Notes: generated by a model not told the origin, from the letters alone. DNA of 48,078 bases from Gemmatimonadota bacterium (GCA_050050315.1 JASFUL010000001.1:1-48078), one strand, 5' to 3'. Shown: positions 25,887-36,124, counted from the first letter of the stretch. Numbers and translations are program-made.

Positions 25887-27302
25887 ATGACCCGATCTGT
25901 CCGCCGCCCGCTCCGCGTCACACCGCCCCTGGCCGCGTGCCTCGTCGCCGGCCTCCTGTCGCCCGGCCCGGGGGCTGGCCAGGAGCGTTCCCGGGAAGCC
26001 CTGGTGGACTCGCTCGACTCCCTCGTCCGCGACGCCGTGGAGCGCGGCTTCTCCGGGCAGGTGCTGGTGGTGCGCGACAGGGACGTGCTCCTCCACGAGG
26101 GGTATGGGCCCGCCGATCCGGAAACCGGGATCCCGGTGGACACGGCCACGGTCTTCGCCATCGGCTCGGTGACGAAGCGCTTCACGCGGGCGGCCATCCT
26201 GAAGCTCGAGGAGCAGGGCCGACTCTCGACGAGCGACGCGGTCGGGCGCTTCGTCGACGGGCTCCCGCCCGAAAAGCGGGACATCACGATCCGGCAGCTG
26301 CTCGACATGGAGGCCGGCCTCCGGGAGTACCACGACGACTCGGGGGACCACCAGCCCATGACGCGGGACGAGGCCGTCCGGCGCATCGGGTCGCAGGAGC
26401 TCCGCTTCGAGCCCGGAACCGACCGGGCCTACTCCAACTCGGGCTACACCCTGCTGGCGGCCGTCGTGGAGGAGGCGTCGGGGCGCTCCTTCGAAGCATA
26501 CGTCCGTGACGAGCTCCTGGAGCCTGCGGGCATGGAGAACACCGGCTTCCACGGCGACGACCGGTGGCCGGACGAGCGGGTCGCGCGGGGCTACGGCATG
26601 CGGACCTACGGCGAGAACGCGCCCAGCACCTGGCCGGCCACGACGTGGGCGCTGAAGGGCGCCGGGGGAATGGTGGCGCCGGCGTCCGACCTGCTCCGCT
26701 TCATGGAGGCCCTCCGGGCGGGGAGGGTCGTGGGACCCGCCGCCCTCACCGACCTCTACCCCGAGGACGAGCCGAATCTGGTGTACGCCGGCGGGGACGA
26801 CTTCGGGTTCATCACCTTCGTGATGGAGCTCGACGACGGTCGACACGTCGTGATCGTGAACACCAACTCGGGCTACCGGGTCGAGTCGCTGGCCCGGGCG
26901 TTGGCCGAGGCCGTGCGGGGCGAGCCGCTGCCGGGGCGCCCCACGGAGGAGAGGTCCGAGGAGGGGGGCGCGCCTTCCGCCGGCGAGGGCCTCCCCGATT
27001 CGCCCCGCGGCCGGGCGGCCGGGTGGATCCTCGCGGCCCTGGAAGACGGCTCTCCCGAGGCGCTCCAGGAGCTCGTCGAGACCCGCTTCACCGCCGCCAT
27101 GCGGAACGCCTTTCCCATGGAGGAGCACCTGCGAGTCCTGGGCCAGCTCTCGGACCGGGTACGCGAGGTCGGGGTGCGCGGCGTGATGCCCGTGGCCGAG
27201 TACACGCTGGCCATCGTCCTGGAGGACGGGGGGCGCGTGGTGGCGGACATCACGCCCGAACCTCCCCACCTCATCGAGGGGATGGGGGTGGGCGGCGGCT
27301 GA
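25887..27302 (+). CDS. Serine hydrolase (beta-lactamase/PBP-like, class C-related), exported
   Basis: It has a signal-like N-terminus. The SxxK motif is FAIGSVTKRFT and the YxN-like motif is YSNSGY. There is an extra C-terminal domain of about 110 aa. Confidence 0.85.
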   Translation: MTRSVRRPLRVTPPLAACLVAGLLSPGPGAGQERSREALVDSLDSLVRDAVERGFSGQVLVVRDRDVLLHEGYGPADPETGIPVDTATVFAIGSVTKRFTRAAILKLEEQGRLSTSDAVGRFVDGLPPEKRDITIRQLLDMEAGLREYHDDSGDHQPMTRDEAVRRIGSQELRFEPGTDRAYSNSGYTLLAAVVEEASGRSFEAYVRDELLEPAGMENTGFHGDDRWPDERVARGYGMRTYGENAPSTWPATTWALKGAGGMVAPASDLLRFMEALRAGRVVGPAALTDLYPEDEPNLVYAGGDDFGFITFVMELDDGRHVVIVNTNSGYRVESLARALAEAVRGEPLPGRPTEERSEEGGAPSAGEGLPDSPRGRAAGWILAALEDGSPEALQELVETRFTAAMRNAFPMEEHLRVLGQLSDRVREVGVRGVMPVAEYTLAIVLEDGGRVVADITPEPPHLIEGMGVGGG

Positions 27303-27495
27303 GCGCCCCGGTAGCCCGTCCCGACGGGTTCTGCAACCCGACGTCCTCTTTTTCCGTCCTTATGCGGGAGGGGCGGGGCGTCGGGGGTCGGGCGAGGTGG
27401 TGCTCGGGCCGTGCGACGAACGCCGGACCGGGGGGTCTCGGGCCGTTTCCCCATCGGTCCCCGGACCCTGGCACACGCATCGTCGGAGCCCGTAC

Positions 27496-30000
27496 ATGGG
27501 AAACATCAAGCTGGCCTTCCGCACGCTCGTCAGGACCCCGTTCCTGACGGCGGTCGCCATCCTGTCGCTGGCCCTGGGAATCGGGGCGAACGCGGCCATC
27601 TTCTCGCTCTTCGACCAGATCCTCCTCAGCTCCCTGCCGGTGCGGGAGCCGGACCGCCTCGTCAACTTCACGGCGCCCGGGCCCAACCCCGGGTCCCAGT
27701 CCTGCAATCAGGCCGGGGGCTGCGACGAGGTCTTCAGCTATCCGATGGTCCGTGACCTCCAGGAGGGGGAGACGGGATTCGAGAGCGTCGTCGGGCACCG
27801 TCTGTTCGGGGTGAACCTCTCCCACTCGGCCCGGACGTCCAACGGTCAGGGGGTGATGGTCACGGGGAACTACTTCGAGGCCCTGGGGGTGCGGGCGGCC
27901 CTCGGCCGGCTCCTCACTCCCGCCGACGACGAGCAGGTCGGCGCCCACTTCGTGACCGTTCTCTCCCACCACTACTGGCAGAACGAGCTCGGCGGCGACC
28001 CGTCGGTCCTGAACTCCACGGTGGTGGTGAACGGCAAGCCGTTCACGATCGTGGGGGTGGCCCAGGAGGGGTTCGACGGCACGACCCTGGGAGGGGAGCC
28101 CGACGTCTTCGTGCCGATCACCATGCGCGAAGAGCTCATGCCCGGCTGGTGGGGCTTCGACGACCGGCGCAGCTACTGGGTCTACGCCTTCGGGCGGCTG
28201 GCGCCGGGGCTCACCGTGGAGCAGGCGGGGGAGCGGATCAACACCCTCTACGCCTCCATCGTCAACGAGGTGGAGGTGCCGCTCCAGGAGGGGATGACGG
28301 ACCAGCGCATGGAGCAGTTCAAGGCCAAGCAGATCGGGCTGGAGCCGGGCAACCGTGGGCAGAGCGGCGTCCACCGGGACGCCGAGACACCGCTGTACCT
28401 CCTCCTGGCCGTCACGGCCTTCGTCCTCGTGATCGCCTGCGCCAACGTGGCGAACCTGCTCCTGGCCCGGGGGGCGCAGCGGAGCCAGGAGATGGCCGTG
28501 CGCAGCTCCCTCGGCGCGCGGCGTGGGCAGCTCCTCCGACAGCTCCTCACGGAGTCGGTTCTCCTGGCCATTCTCGGCGGCGCGGCCTCCCTGCTGGTGG
28601 CGCGGTGGACCCTGGGCCTCATGGGGACCCTCCTGCCCCCCGACGCCACGGCCATGCTCAGCTTCTCGCTGGACCGCACGGCGATCCTGTTCACGGCGGG
28701 TCTCTCCCTGGGCACGGGGTTCCTCTTCGGCTTCTATCCCGCGCTGCACAACACCAGCCTCGACCTCACCAGCCGCCTCAAGGCCAGCGCCGGCCAGCCC
28801 TCGGGCTCCCGGGCGGCCCACCGGTTCCGGGCCGTCCTGGTGACGGCGCAGATCGCACTCTCCCTCACGCTCCTGGCGTCCGCCGGGCTCTTCCTCCGGA
28901 GCCTGGCCAACGTGAGCCGCGTCGAGCTCGGCATCCGGACCGACGACATGGTGACATTCGCGGTCTCACCGGTCCTCAACGGCTACGAGCCCGAGCGCAG
29001 GCAGGCGCTCTTCCAGGAGATCGAGCAGGAGCTCGCCGCGCTCCCGGGCGTCCAGGCCGTGTCCTCCTCCATGGTGCCGGTCCTCGCGGGTAGCTCGTGG
29101 GGGACGAGCGTCTCGGTGGAGGGCTTCCAGTGGGAGCCCGGCGTGGACGCGGGCACCCGGTACACCCGGGTAGGACCGCGCTTCTTCAGCACGCTGGGCA
29201 TGGCCCTCGTCGCCGGGCGCGAGTTCACCGAGAGCGACGGGGCCGGCGCCCCCGAGGTGGCGGTGGTCAACGAGACCTTCGCCCGGAAGTTCGGGATCGA
29301 GGGCCGGGAGGCCCTGGGCAAGTACCTGTCGCCGAACGGCACCAACCAGGACGAGCTCGACGTGCAGATCGTGGGCCTGGTCCGGGACGCGGCCTACAAC
29401 GACGTCAAGAACGAGGTCCAGCCGGTCCTCTACCTCCCCTACCGGCAGGACGAGAGCGTCGGGAGCCTGTACTTCTACGCCCGGACCGGCGGAGACCCCG
29501 CGCAGGTCATGAAGGCGATCCCCTCCCTGATCGGGAGGCTCGACCCGAACCTCCCGGTGGAGGATCTCAAGTCGATGGAGCAGCAGGTCCGGGAGAACGT
29601 CTTCCTCGACCGCTTCATCAGCATCCTGTCGGCCGCCTTCGCGGTGCTGGCCACGCTCCTGGCCTCCGTGGGGTTGTACGGCGTGCTGGCCTACACGGTG
29701 GCCCAGCGCACCCGGGAGATCGGCCTCCGCATGGCGCTCGGGGCGGACCGTGGACGCGTGCAGCGACTGGTCCTCCGTCAGGTGGTCCGGATGCTGGTGA
29801 TCGGGGGCGTCGTGGGCCTCGCGGGGGCCTACCTGCTGGGCCGCTTCGCCCAGTCCCTGCTCTTCGGGATGGAGGGGGTCGACGCCACGGTGCTCTCGAT
29901 GGTCACCGCCCTCATGGCGGCCGTGGCGTTGGGGGCCGCGTACCTGCCGGCGCTCCGGGCGTCCCACGTCGATCCCATGGAGGCGCTCCGGTACGAGTGA
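27496..30000 (+). CDS. ADOP-family duplicated ABC permease (MacB-like periplasmic domain + FtsX, twice)
   Basis: I take the internal ATG 27496 (MGNIKLAFRTLVRTPFLTAVAILSLALGIGANAAIFS). The architecture is duplicated, with two FtsX-type C-terminal TM bundles (..REIGLRMALGA..). No ATPase gene is adjacent. Confidence 0.85.
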   Translation: MGNIKLAFRTLVRTPFLTAVAILSLALGIGANAAIFSLFDQILLSSLPVREPDRLVNFTAPGPNPGSQSCNQAGGCDEVFSYPMVRDLQEGETGFESVVGHRLFGVNLSHSARTSNGQGVMVTGNYFEALGVRAALGRLLTPADDEQVGAHFVTVLSHHYWQNELGGDPSVLNSTVVVNGKPFTIVGVAQEGFDGTTLGGEPDVFVPITMREELMPGWWGFDDRRSYWVYAFGRLAPGLTVEQAGERINTLYASIVNEVEVPLQEGMTDQRMEQFKAKQIGLEPGNRGQSGVHRDAETPLYLLLAVTAFVLVIACANVANLLLARGAQRSQEMAVRSSLGARRGQLLRQLLTESVLLAILGGAASLLVARWTLGLMGTLLPPDATAMLSFSLDRTAILFTAGLSLGTGFLFGFYPALHNTSLDLTSRLKASAGQPSGSRAAHRFRAVLVTAQIALSLTLLASAGLFLRSLANVSRVELGIRTDDMVTFAVSPVLNGYEPERRQALFQEIEQELAALPGVQAVSSSMVPVLAGSSWGTSVSVEGFQWEPGVDAGTRYTRVGPRFFSTLGMALVAGREFTESDGAGAPEVAVVNETFARKFGIEGREALGKYLSPNGTNQDELDVQIVGLVRDAAYNDVKNEVQPVLYLPYRQDESVGSLYFYARTGGDPAQVMKAIPSLIGRLDPNLPVEDLKSMEQQVRENVFLDRFISILSAAFAVLATLLASVGLYGVLAYTVAQRTREIGLRMALGADRGRVQRLVLRQVVRMLVIGGVVGLAGAYLLGRFAQSLLFGMEGVDATVLSMVTALMAAVALGAAYLPALRASHVDPMEALRYE

Positions 30001-30010
30001 GGGCGCCGGA

Positions 30011-30883
30011 TCAGCCTCTCAGCCCCAGCGCCCCCTCCAGCTCCTCCCACCGGCGTCTCGCGACGCGGAGGCGGACCCCGGAGTCGAGGACCACCGTGCC
30101 CCCACCGTCGGGGTCCCGGGCCAGCTCGCCCACCCGATCCAGGCGCACGAGCGAGGAGCGGTGGATCCGCAGGAAGCCCGCCGGTCGGAGGAGCGTCTCG
30201 AGCCGACCGATCCGCTCCGACACCAGGTGGACCCGGTCGGCGACGTGGAGACGGGAGTAGTCGCCGTCGGCCTCGACGAAGTCGATGGTGTCCACGGCGA
30301 CGAGGACGGTTCGCGTGCCGGTCCGGACGGCCAGACGCTTCGGAGGAACCTCGCCCGCGGTCGCCTCCTCCTCCGGCCCGCGCCCCAGCAGCTCCGCCAC
30401 GGAGGCCTCGCCGGCCCGCCGGCCCTGGAGCACGGACCGGAGCGTGCGGTGCAGCGAGAGGGCGTCCCGGGCCTCGAGCCGGTGCAGCGCGCGCTCGACG
30501 GCGGCCAGGAACCGCGGACGACCGAACGGCTTCAGCACGTAGTCCAGGGCGTGCACCTCGAACGCCCGGAGGGCGTGGTGGTCGTAGGCCGTGACGATGA
30601 TCAGCCCGGGCGGCACCTCGTCGTCCAGCGCTTCGAGGACGCCGAAGCCGTCCAGGTCGGGCATCTGGATGTCGAGGAAGAGGAGATCGGGCGCGGTCCT
30701 CCTCACCGCCGCCACGGCCTCTTCGCCGTCGCCCGCTTCGGCCACCACCTCGACTCCCGGAGTGTCGGCCAGGAAGGTCGTGATGGCCTGCCTGGCGGCG
30801 GGCTCGTCGTCCACGACGACCGCCCGATAACGACGCGGCCGGACCGCGGGTCGTCCCGACCCGGAGCGGGGTCCCTCAGCCAC
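30011..30883 (-). CDS. LytTR-family response regulator
   Basis: Receiver domain: VVVDDEP..DLLFLDIQMPDLDG..IIVTAYDHHALRAFEVHALDYVLKP. LytTR domain: IDFVEADGDYSRLH..FLRIHRSSLV. The GTG start overlaps the kinase gene by 8 nt. Confidence 0.85.
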   Translation of the reverse strand: MAEGPRSGSGRPAVRPRRYRAVVVDDEPAARQAITTFLADTPGVEVVAEAGDGEEAVAAVRRTAPDLLFLDIQMPDLDGFGVLEALDDEVPPGLIIVTAYDHHALRAFEVHALDYVLKPFGRPRFLAAVERALHRLEARDALSLHRTLRSVLQGRRAGEASVAELLGRGPEEEATAGEVPPKRLAVRTGTRTVLVAVDTIDFVEADGDYSRLHVADRVHLVSERIGRLETLLRPAGFLRIHRSSLVRLDRVGELARDPDGGGTVVLDSGVRLRVARRRWEELEGALGLRG

Positions 30884-32054
30884 GGGTCGTCTCGAGCCCC
30901 TCGGCCGGGTCGCGGGCTCCGGGAGGATTCCCCTCCGCCGTCGCAGGGGGCTCCGGGCTCGGGACGCGGCGTCGCGCGGGGAGCTGCAGGACCACGAGCG
31001 TGCCCGCTCCTCGGCCTTCCACCGGTCCGGTCGCGTCCCGGATCTCGACCCGGTGCGCGTCTCCGTACAGCTGTTCCAGCCGGTCCCGCGTGTTGGCCAG
31101 ACCCGTTCCGCTTCCCGGGGAGGGGGTGGAGGCTCCCATGCCCGGGCCGTCGTCTTCCACCTCGATCCTGAGGCGGCCGTCGTCGACCCGGGCCCGCACG
31201 GCGACCCGCCCCGCCGCCGACGACGCCGAGATGCCGTGGCGGATGGCGTTCTCGACCAGCGGCTGGAGCAGCAACGGGGGGACGAGGCAGCCGGCCGCCC
31301 CGGGCGAGGCGTCCACCGAGGGCCGGAGGCGGTCCGGGAAGCGCATCGCCTCGATGGCCAGGTATTCCCGCACCATCTCGAGCTCCTCCGACAGGGGAAC
31401 CTCCACGCTGCGGCCGGTGGACTGGACCTTCTGGAACAGCGAGCCCAGGTGGTCGAGCATGGCGTCGGCGTCGTCGCTCCGCCCGGAGCGCCACAGCTGC
31501 CCGATGGTGTGGAGGGTGTTGAACAGGAAGTGCGGCCGGATCTGGGAGTTGAGAGCCTGGAGCCGCGCCCGGGCCAGCTGGCCCTCCAGACGCGCCACGC
31601 GCAGCTCCCGGGCCCGGGTCTCCCGGTAGTAGACCACGCCCTGGGTGCCCGCCACCACCACCGCGTAGATGAGGGCCGCCACGTGGATCCGCATCGTGGC
31701 CCAGAAGAGCCCGCCCTGGAGGAGCGCTCCGAGCCCCTGGTAGCTCCCGACCGAGATCCAGAAGCCCATCACCACGAGGACGTTGGCCGCGAACGTGACC
31801 AGCGGGAGCGCCGCGAGGTGCACCCACACGTTCCGCTTCCAGCTCCCGGACGTGACCGGGAAGCGCACGGAGAGCCAGACCACCGTCAGCGTCACGGGAA
31901 TCCAGGGCGCGGTCTGGATGAACGCGTCGCGGAGGCTCGACCAGAGGACCACCGGCTGTCCCTGGAGGCTCGCCTGCAGCCCCGACTGGGCGCCGAGGAC
32001 CGCCCCCACGAGGAGCCAGAGCACGCACACGCCACCGACGACGCGGGCCTTCAT
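30876..32054 (-). CDS. LytS-type sensor histidine kinase (multi-TM, His_kinase/HATPase_c)
   Basis: It has 5-6 N-terminal TM segments. Motifs: LQALNSQIRPHFLFNTLHTI, PPLLLQPLVENAIRHG, GTGLANTRDRL. Confidence 0.85.
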   Translation of the reverse strand: MKARVVGGVCVLWLLVGAVLGAQSGLQASLQGQPVVLWSSLRDAFIQTAPWIPVTLTVVWLSVRFPVTSGSWKRNVWVHLAALPLVTFAANVLVVMGFWISVGSYQGLGALLQGGLFWATMRIHVAALIYAVVVAGTQGVVYYRETRARELRVARLEGQLARARLQALNSQIRPHFLFNTLHTIGQLWRSGRSDDADAMLDHLGSLFQKVQSTGRSVEVPLSEELEMVREYLAIEAMRFPDRLRPSVDASPGAAGCLVPPLLLQPLVENAIRHGISASSAAGRVAVRARVDDGRLRIEVEDDGPGMGASTPSPGSGTGLANTRDRLEQLYGDAHRVEIRDATGPVEGRGAGTLVVLQLPARRRVPSPEPPATAEGNPPGARDPAEGLETTRG

Positions 32055-32132
32055 GTCCGGTTCATGCCTCCGCTTCCCCTGGACCGCGGGGGATCGTCGG
32101 TCGCGGGGCCGCCCGCGGAAGCCGCCCGCGCC

Positions 32133-34415
32133 TCACACGCCGAAGGTGTATGTGTACTTGATCAGGAAGGTGCGCGACATGGACAGGGGAAGCCGGGGGC
32201 CCGTCGGGTCCCGGAGGCGGTCGGTCGAAAGCCCTTCGTCCCATACGAGCCAGAGGTCCGTTCCCTCGGCGAAGTTGTAGCGCAGGCGGAGGTTCAGGTC
32301 CAGGCGGTCGGAGGTGGAGTTGTACTGGAGGAAGACGTTGCCGGACGCGTGGGCGTCGAGGGCCGTCCGCACCCGCAGACGTCCCAGGTGGATGTCCGCT
32401 CCCTGGTCGCGGTCGTCGAAGCGCAGGTGGGTGTACTGGTACTCCCCCCCGACCTCCAGGTGGGACGAGACGTTCCAGGTCGGGCTGAGAATGACCTGCG
32501 CGCGCCTCCCGTCGAAGAACGTACCCGCACGGGCGTCCAGGTCGGTCCGCAACTTGCGCCCCGACGACATCGACAGGGCGACCTGCAGATCGGCGAAGTA
32601 GTGCGTCCCGGCCGGGATCTCCACCTCGCCGCCGATGGGGAACGGCTCCAGGACGTCCTCCACGAAGAGCTTGGGCTCGATCCAGCCTCCGCTCCCCCCT
32701 TTCGTCTCCCACTGCACCCAGACGGCGTACTGTCCCGACTCCAGGGAGCCGTCGCCGTTGCGGAAGGTCGAGAAGGCCAGCATGCCGGGCCACACACGCC
32801 GGAAGCGGGACCCCTCGTCCATGAAGCGGTACCAGTTGAGGAGCAGGTTCGCTCGCGTGACGTCGGAACGGGGCAGGAACCCGACCGCGGGTCGGAAGGC
32901 CGGGCCGGAGTGGGTGTAGGCGACCTGGTAGGCGAGCCCGTCTCCCGTCCTCCGCTCCCAGCGGGCGTACACCCGACTCCGGTCGAGGAGGCCCGGATCG
33001 CCGCCGCTCTCCCCTTCCCCGTCCCCCGCCTCGGTGTCGTCGAAGGTGCTCGCCCACCGGACCGTCAGGTAGTCGTCGCCGAACAGACGGAGGAAGCCGT
33101 CGGCCCCGAACGAAAGGTCGTAGCGACCTTCGCTCAGGCGGGACGTGGCCATGACTCCGGCCCAGGAGAACGGGTTGAGGACGCGGCGGCGGAGCCGCGC
33201 GACGCCGAAGTTCTCGGACGGCAGGTCCCCCTGTGCCTCGGTCTGCATGGTCAGCGCCCCCACGTCCCACTCCCCGGTGCGGCCCACCAGGCGGGCGCCC
33301 CCGAGCACGGGGACGGGCTCGCGGTCCTGGTTCAGGCCGATGCGTCGCGAGTGGAAGAGCCGGCTGCCCCCACCCATGACGAAGTCGAAGACCCCGCTCC
33401 CCTCCTGGAAGAAGCGGCGCTTCTCGGGGAAGAAGAGGTCGAAGCGGTCCAGGTTGACCTGCTCGTCGTCGGCCTCGACCTGGGCGAAGTCGGTGTTCGC
33501 GGTCACGTCGAGGGTCAGGTTCCCGGAGAGGGCGTAGCGGAGATCGAGGCCCATCTCCCGGGCCGTCTGCCGCTCGGTCTCCAACGTGGGGCTCTGCAGG
33601 CCCTGGACCCTCCGGTCCACGCCGCCGAGGACGTAGGGGGTCACGTGGAGCGGTCGGGCGCTCCGGACGTCCTGGAGCACGACGTCCCGGGCCACCGAGG
33701 GTTGGCGGAAGAGGAACCTCGGGTCGATGGCCGGGAAGGTCACCCGCTCCTCCGTCCGCGAGATCAGCCGCGTCACGGTGAGCCCCATCGAGGCCCGGCC
33801 CCGCTCGTCGACCTGGAAGCCGAGGCTCGAGAACGGGATCCGGATCTCGGAGAACCACCCCTCCGACGTCACCGTCGCCTCGGTGGACCAGAAGGTGTCC
33901 CAGCTCTCGTTGAGCGCCTTTCCGTCGTCGGTGACGAGGAGATCGAAGCGGATCCCGGCGGGCGTCGTGCCGAACCACTTCGCGTTCTGGTTGTCGTTGA
34001 AGGCGTCGATGTAGATCGCGAAGGCGTCGTCGCCGTTCCAGCGGTCCCGGTAGAGCGAGTTGACCCGGATGCCCTCGGGCCGCTCGTCGTAGAACCACCC
34101 GGCGGCGTAGAGCGCCTCGTCGTCGTAGGCGACGCGGATCACGGTCCGCTGGCTGGGGCGTCCGCGGTACGTGGGGGCGTACATCGTGAGTGGCAGCGGA
34201 GTCACCGCCTCCCACGCGACCTCGTCCGGCCGCCCGTCGATGCGGACGGGGCCCGGAAGCCTCTGGAGCGCGAGCGGCTCGGCGCCGCCGGGGTCGGCCT
34301 CCACCTCCGGCCTCCCGCTGCCCCCGCTCGCCTCCTGCCCATGGAGGTCCCCCGGTCCTGCCAGCACGAGCACCCCCGCTACCGCCCCGATCATCCCGAT
34401 CCTCCACCTCCGCAT
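32133..34415 (-). CDS. Exported CBM9-like + DUF5916-type beta-barrel protein
   Basis: I take the internal ATG 34415 (GGGAGG upstream). It has a signal peptide (MIGAVAGVLVLAGPGDLHGQ) and a CBM9-like N-domain (IDGRPDEVAW..DDEALY..DDAFAIYIDAFNDNQN..FEIRIPFSSL-like). The long C-terminal region is rich in alternating Y/F/R strands and ends in an aromatic-rich tail (LIKYTYTFGV). Confidence 0.75.
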   Translation of the reverse strand: MRRWRIGMIGAVAGVLVLAGPGDLHGQEASGGSGRPEVEADPGGAEPLALQRLPGPVRIDGRPDEVAWEAVTPLPLTMYAPTYRGRPSQRTVIRVAYDDEALYAAGWFYDERPEGIRVNSLYRDRWNGDDAFAIYIDAFNDNQNAKWFGTTPAGIRFDLLVTDDGKALNESWDTFWSTEATVTSEGWFSEIRIPFSSLGFQVDERGRASMGLTVTRLISRTEERVTFPAIDPRFLFRQPSVARDVVLQDVRSARPLHVTPYVLGGVDRRVQGLQSPTLETERQTAREMGLDLRYALSGNLTLDVTANTDFAQVEADDEQVNLDRFDLFFPEKRRFFQEGSGVFDFVMGGGSRLFHSRRIGLNQDREPVPVLGGARLVGRTGEWDVGALTMQTEAQGDLPSENFGVARLRRRVLNPFSWAGVMATSRLSEGRYDLSFGADGFLRLFGDDYLTVRWASTFDDTEAGDGEGESGGDPGLLDRSRVYARWERRTGDGLAYQVAYTHSGPAFRPAVGFLPRSDVTRANLLLNWYRFMDEGSRFRRVWPGMLAFSTFRNGDGSLESGQYAVWVQWETKGGSGGWIEPKLFVEDVLEPFPIGGEVEIPAGTHYFADLQVALSMSSGRKLRTDLDARAGTFFDGRRAQVILSPTWNVSSHLEVGGEYQYTHLRFDDRDQGADIHLGRLRVRTALDAHASGNVFLQYNSTSDRLDLNLRLRYNFAEGTDLWLVWDEGLSTDRLRDPTGPRLPLSMSRTFLIKYTYTFGV

Positions 34416-34646
34416 CGTCGCCTCCCGCGCTCGATCGAACGTCCCGGCCCCTGCGAGCCCCACCCGGAGGCTCCGATCCGACCTGCCGAAGGTGTCCGGG
34501 GCGACGACGACCCGCGGGGGGGAGAGCCGTGAGCGGTGGGAGCGCGCGGTCCGCCGGTGGACCGGGTCCGGTGAGCGGCCCGCCGTTCCGGCGGCGGGGC
34601 ATCGAAGGGGCGCGCGGCGGAAGGACCCCGGGCGGCCAGCACGAGC

Positions 34647-35576
34647 ATGGCCTACATTCGGGTCATGTCACCCCCGTCTCCAGAGAGGATCGCGGCATCG
34701 GACCCCGGTGGATCCCGCGTGGAGGAGGGCCACGTCCGGCTCGCGTACCGGGAGGGACCTCCGTCGGAAGCGCTGGTCCCGTACGTGAAGCGCTTCTACC
34801 AGCTCCGCGCCGTCCCGGGGCGGGAGGTCGGGAGGTCCGGAGGGCTCGACCCGGCGGATCCCCTGCTGCGGCGGATCTTCCCCAACGGGGACGCCAACCT
34901 GGTTTTCGATCTCGGCCCCGGGCGCGGCTTCTCCAGCCCGGCCCGGCCGACCCGCTCCCACGGGCGGAGGGCGCTGGCGCTGGGTGTCCTGCCCGACCCC
35001 GTTCCCGTCTCCCTCTCCGCCGGCGTCGACCTCTTCGGCGTGGCGTTCGGCGTGGCGAGGGCGTACCCGTTCCTGCCCGTTCCCGCGTCGGGGCTCGCCG
35101 GAGCGATCGTGGGACTGGCGGAGCTCTGGGGCGAGACCACGCGCGACGTCGAAACGGCGCTCGAGCGTGCCCCGACCTTCGAGGAGCGGGTCGCGACCCT
35201 CGAGGGCGCCCTGCTGAGGCGCCGGCCCGACCGGCCCCCACGGGACGCCGACCTCCAGGCCGTGCTCGAGCACGTGCGCTCGGTCGGCGGACGGGTGCGG
35301 GTACGGTCGCTCGCATCCGGTGCGGGGCTCTCGCGACAGCGCTTCACGCGGTGGTTCGGAGACGCCGTGGGCCTGGCGCCCAAGCGCTTCGTCCGGCTGT
35401 CCCGCCTCCACTCCCTCCTGGACCGGGTTCTCGGAGGGCCGGTGGAGGACTGGAGCCGACTCGCGATGCGCTTGGGGTACTACGATCAGGCCCACATGAT
35501 CTCCGACTTCCGATGGCTGACGGGCTCGTCCCCTGCCCGGTTCGTCGCCGTCCGTCACGCGGGCGGTCGCGTGTAG
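34647..35576 (+). CDS. AraC-family transcriptional regulator
   Basis: The C-terminal double HTH reads SLASGAGLSRQRFTRWFGDAVGLAPKRFVRLSRLHSLL..LAMRLGYYDQAHMISDFRWLTGSSP. The start is ATG 34647 or 34665. Confidence 0.8.
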   Translation: MAYIRVMSPPSPERIAASDPGGSRVEEGHVRLAYREGPPSEALVPYVKRFYQLRAVPGREVGRSGGLDPADPLLRRIFPNGDANLVFDLGPGRGFSSPARPTRSHGRRALALGVLPDPVPVSLSAGVDLFGVAFGVARAYPFLPVPASGLAGAIVGLAELWGETTRDVETALERAPTFEERVATLEGALLRRRPDRPPRDADLQAVLEHVRSVGGRVRVRSLASGAGLSRQRFTRWFGDAVGLAPKRFVRLSRLHSLLDRVLGGPVEDWSRLAMRLGYYDQAHMISDFRWLTGSSPARFVAVRHAGGRV

Positions 35577-36124
35577 ACCAAGTCGAACACCCGCCGCCCC
35601 CCCGCCGCCATGGCCGACACCTCCCACACGTGCCGGTCCGGGGCCTCCACCCGCAGAACGTGTCTCAACGTGGTGTCCCGCAGGTCCAGCATGGGCTCGT
35701 CGGCCAGGCCGAAGAGGACGAGCTCCCGTGGGCCCGACGACGGTGTCTCCACACCGCAGAAGACCAGGAGGTGGGTATTCTGGCTCTCGCAGAAGGTGCC
35801 GACCCAGGCGTGCTTGTAGCGATCGTAGCCGAGGACGCGCGTGGCCGAGTACGGCTCCGGACGCATGCGGCCCGAGGCGTCGGGAGCCTGGATCTCGCCC
35901 TCGAGCTCCTCCACCAGGAAGCGCCCGCCGTGGGCCAGCCTCTTCGACGCGTGGGCTTCCGTCTCGAAGATCTCCCCGCCCCCGTGGAATCGCACGGAGA
36001 CACGCCAATCTCCGGAGAGCTGGCCCAGGAGCTCGTGTTCGGGTCCGAGGGAACGGACCGCCTTCCACTTCTCCAGGGAGGCCAGGAAGTTCTCGGGCAC
36101 GGACGGGTCGCGTTCGGTCGACAC
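35555..36124 (-). CDS. DUF1579 domain protein
   Basis: GTG start with AGGAGG 7 nt upstream. The lipocalin-like DUF1579 pattern is present (LGQLSGDW..GGRFLVEE..LGYDRYKHAWVGTFCES). Its 3' end overlaps the araC-like gene by 22 nt (convergent). Confidence 0.75.
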   Translation of the reverse strand: MSTERDPSVPENFLASLEKWKAVRSLGPEHELLGQLSGDWRVSVRFHGGGEIFETEAHASKRLAHGGRFLVEELEGEIQAPDASGRMRPEPYSATRVLGYDRYKHAWVGTFCESQNTHLLVFCGVETPSSGPRELVLFGLADEPMLDLRDTTLRHVLRVEAPDRHVWEVSAMAAGGRRVFDLVYTRPPA

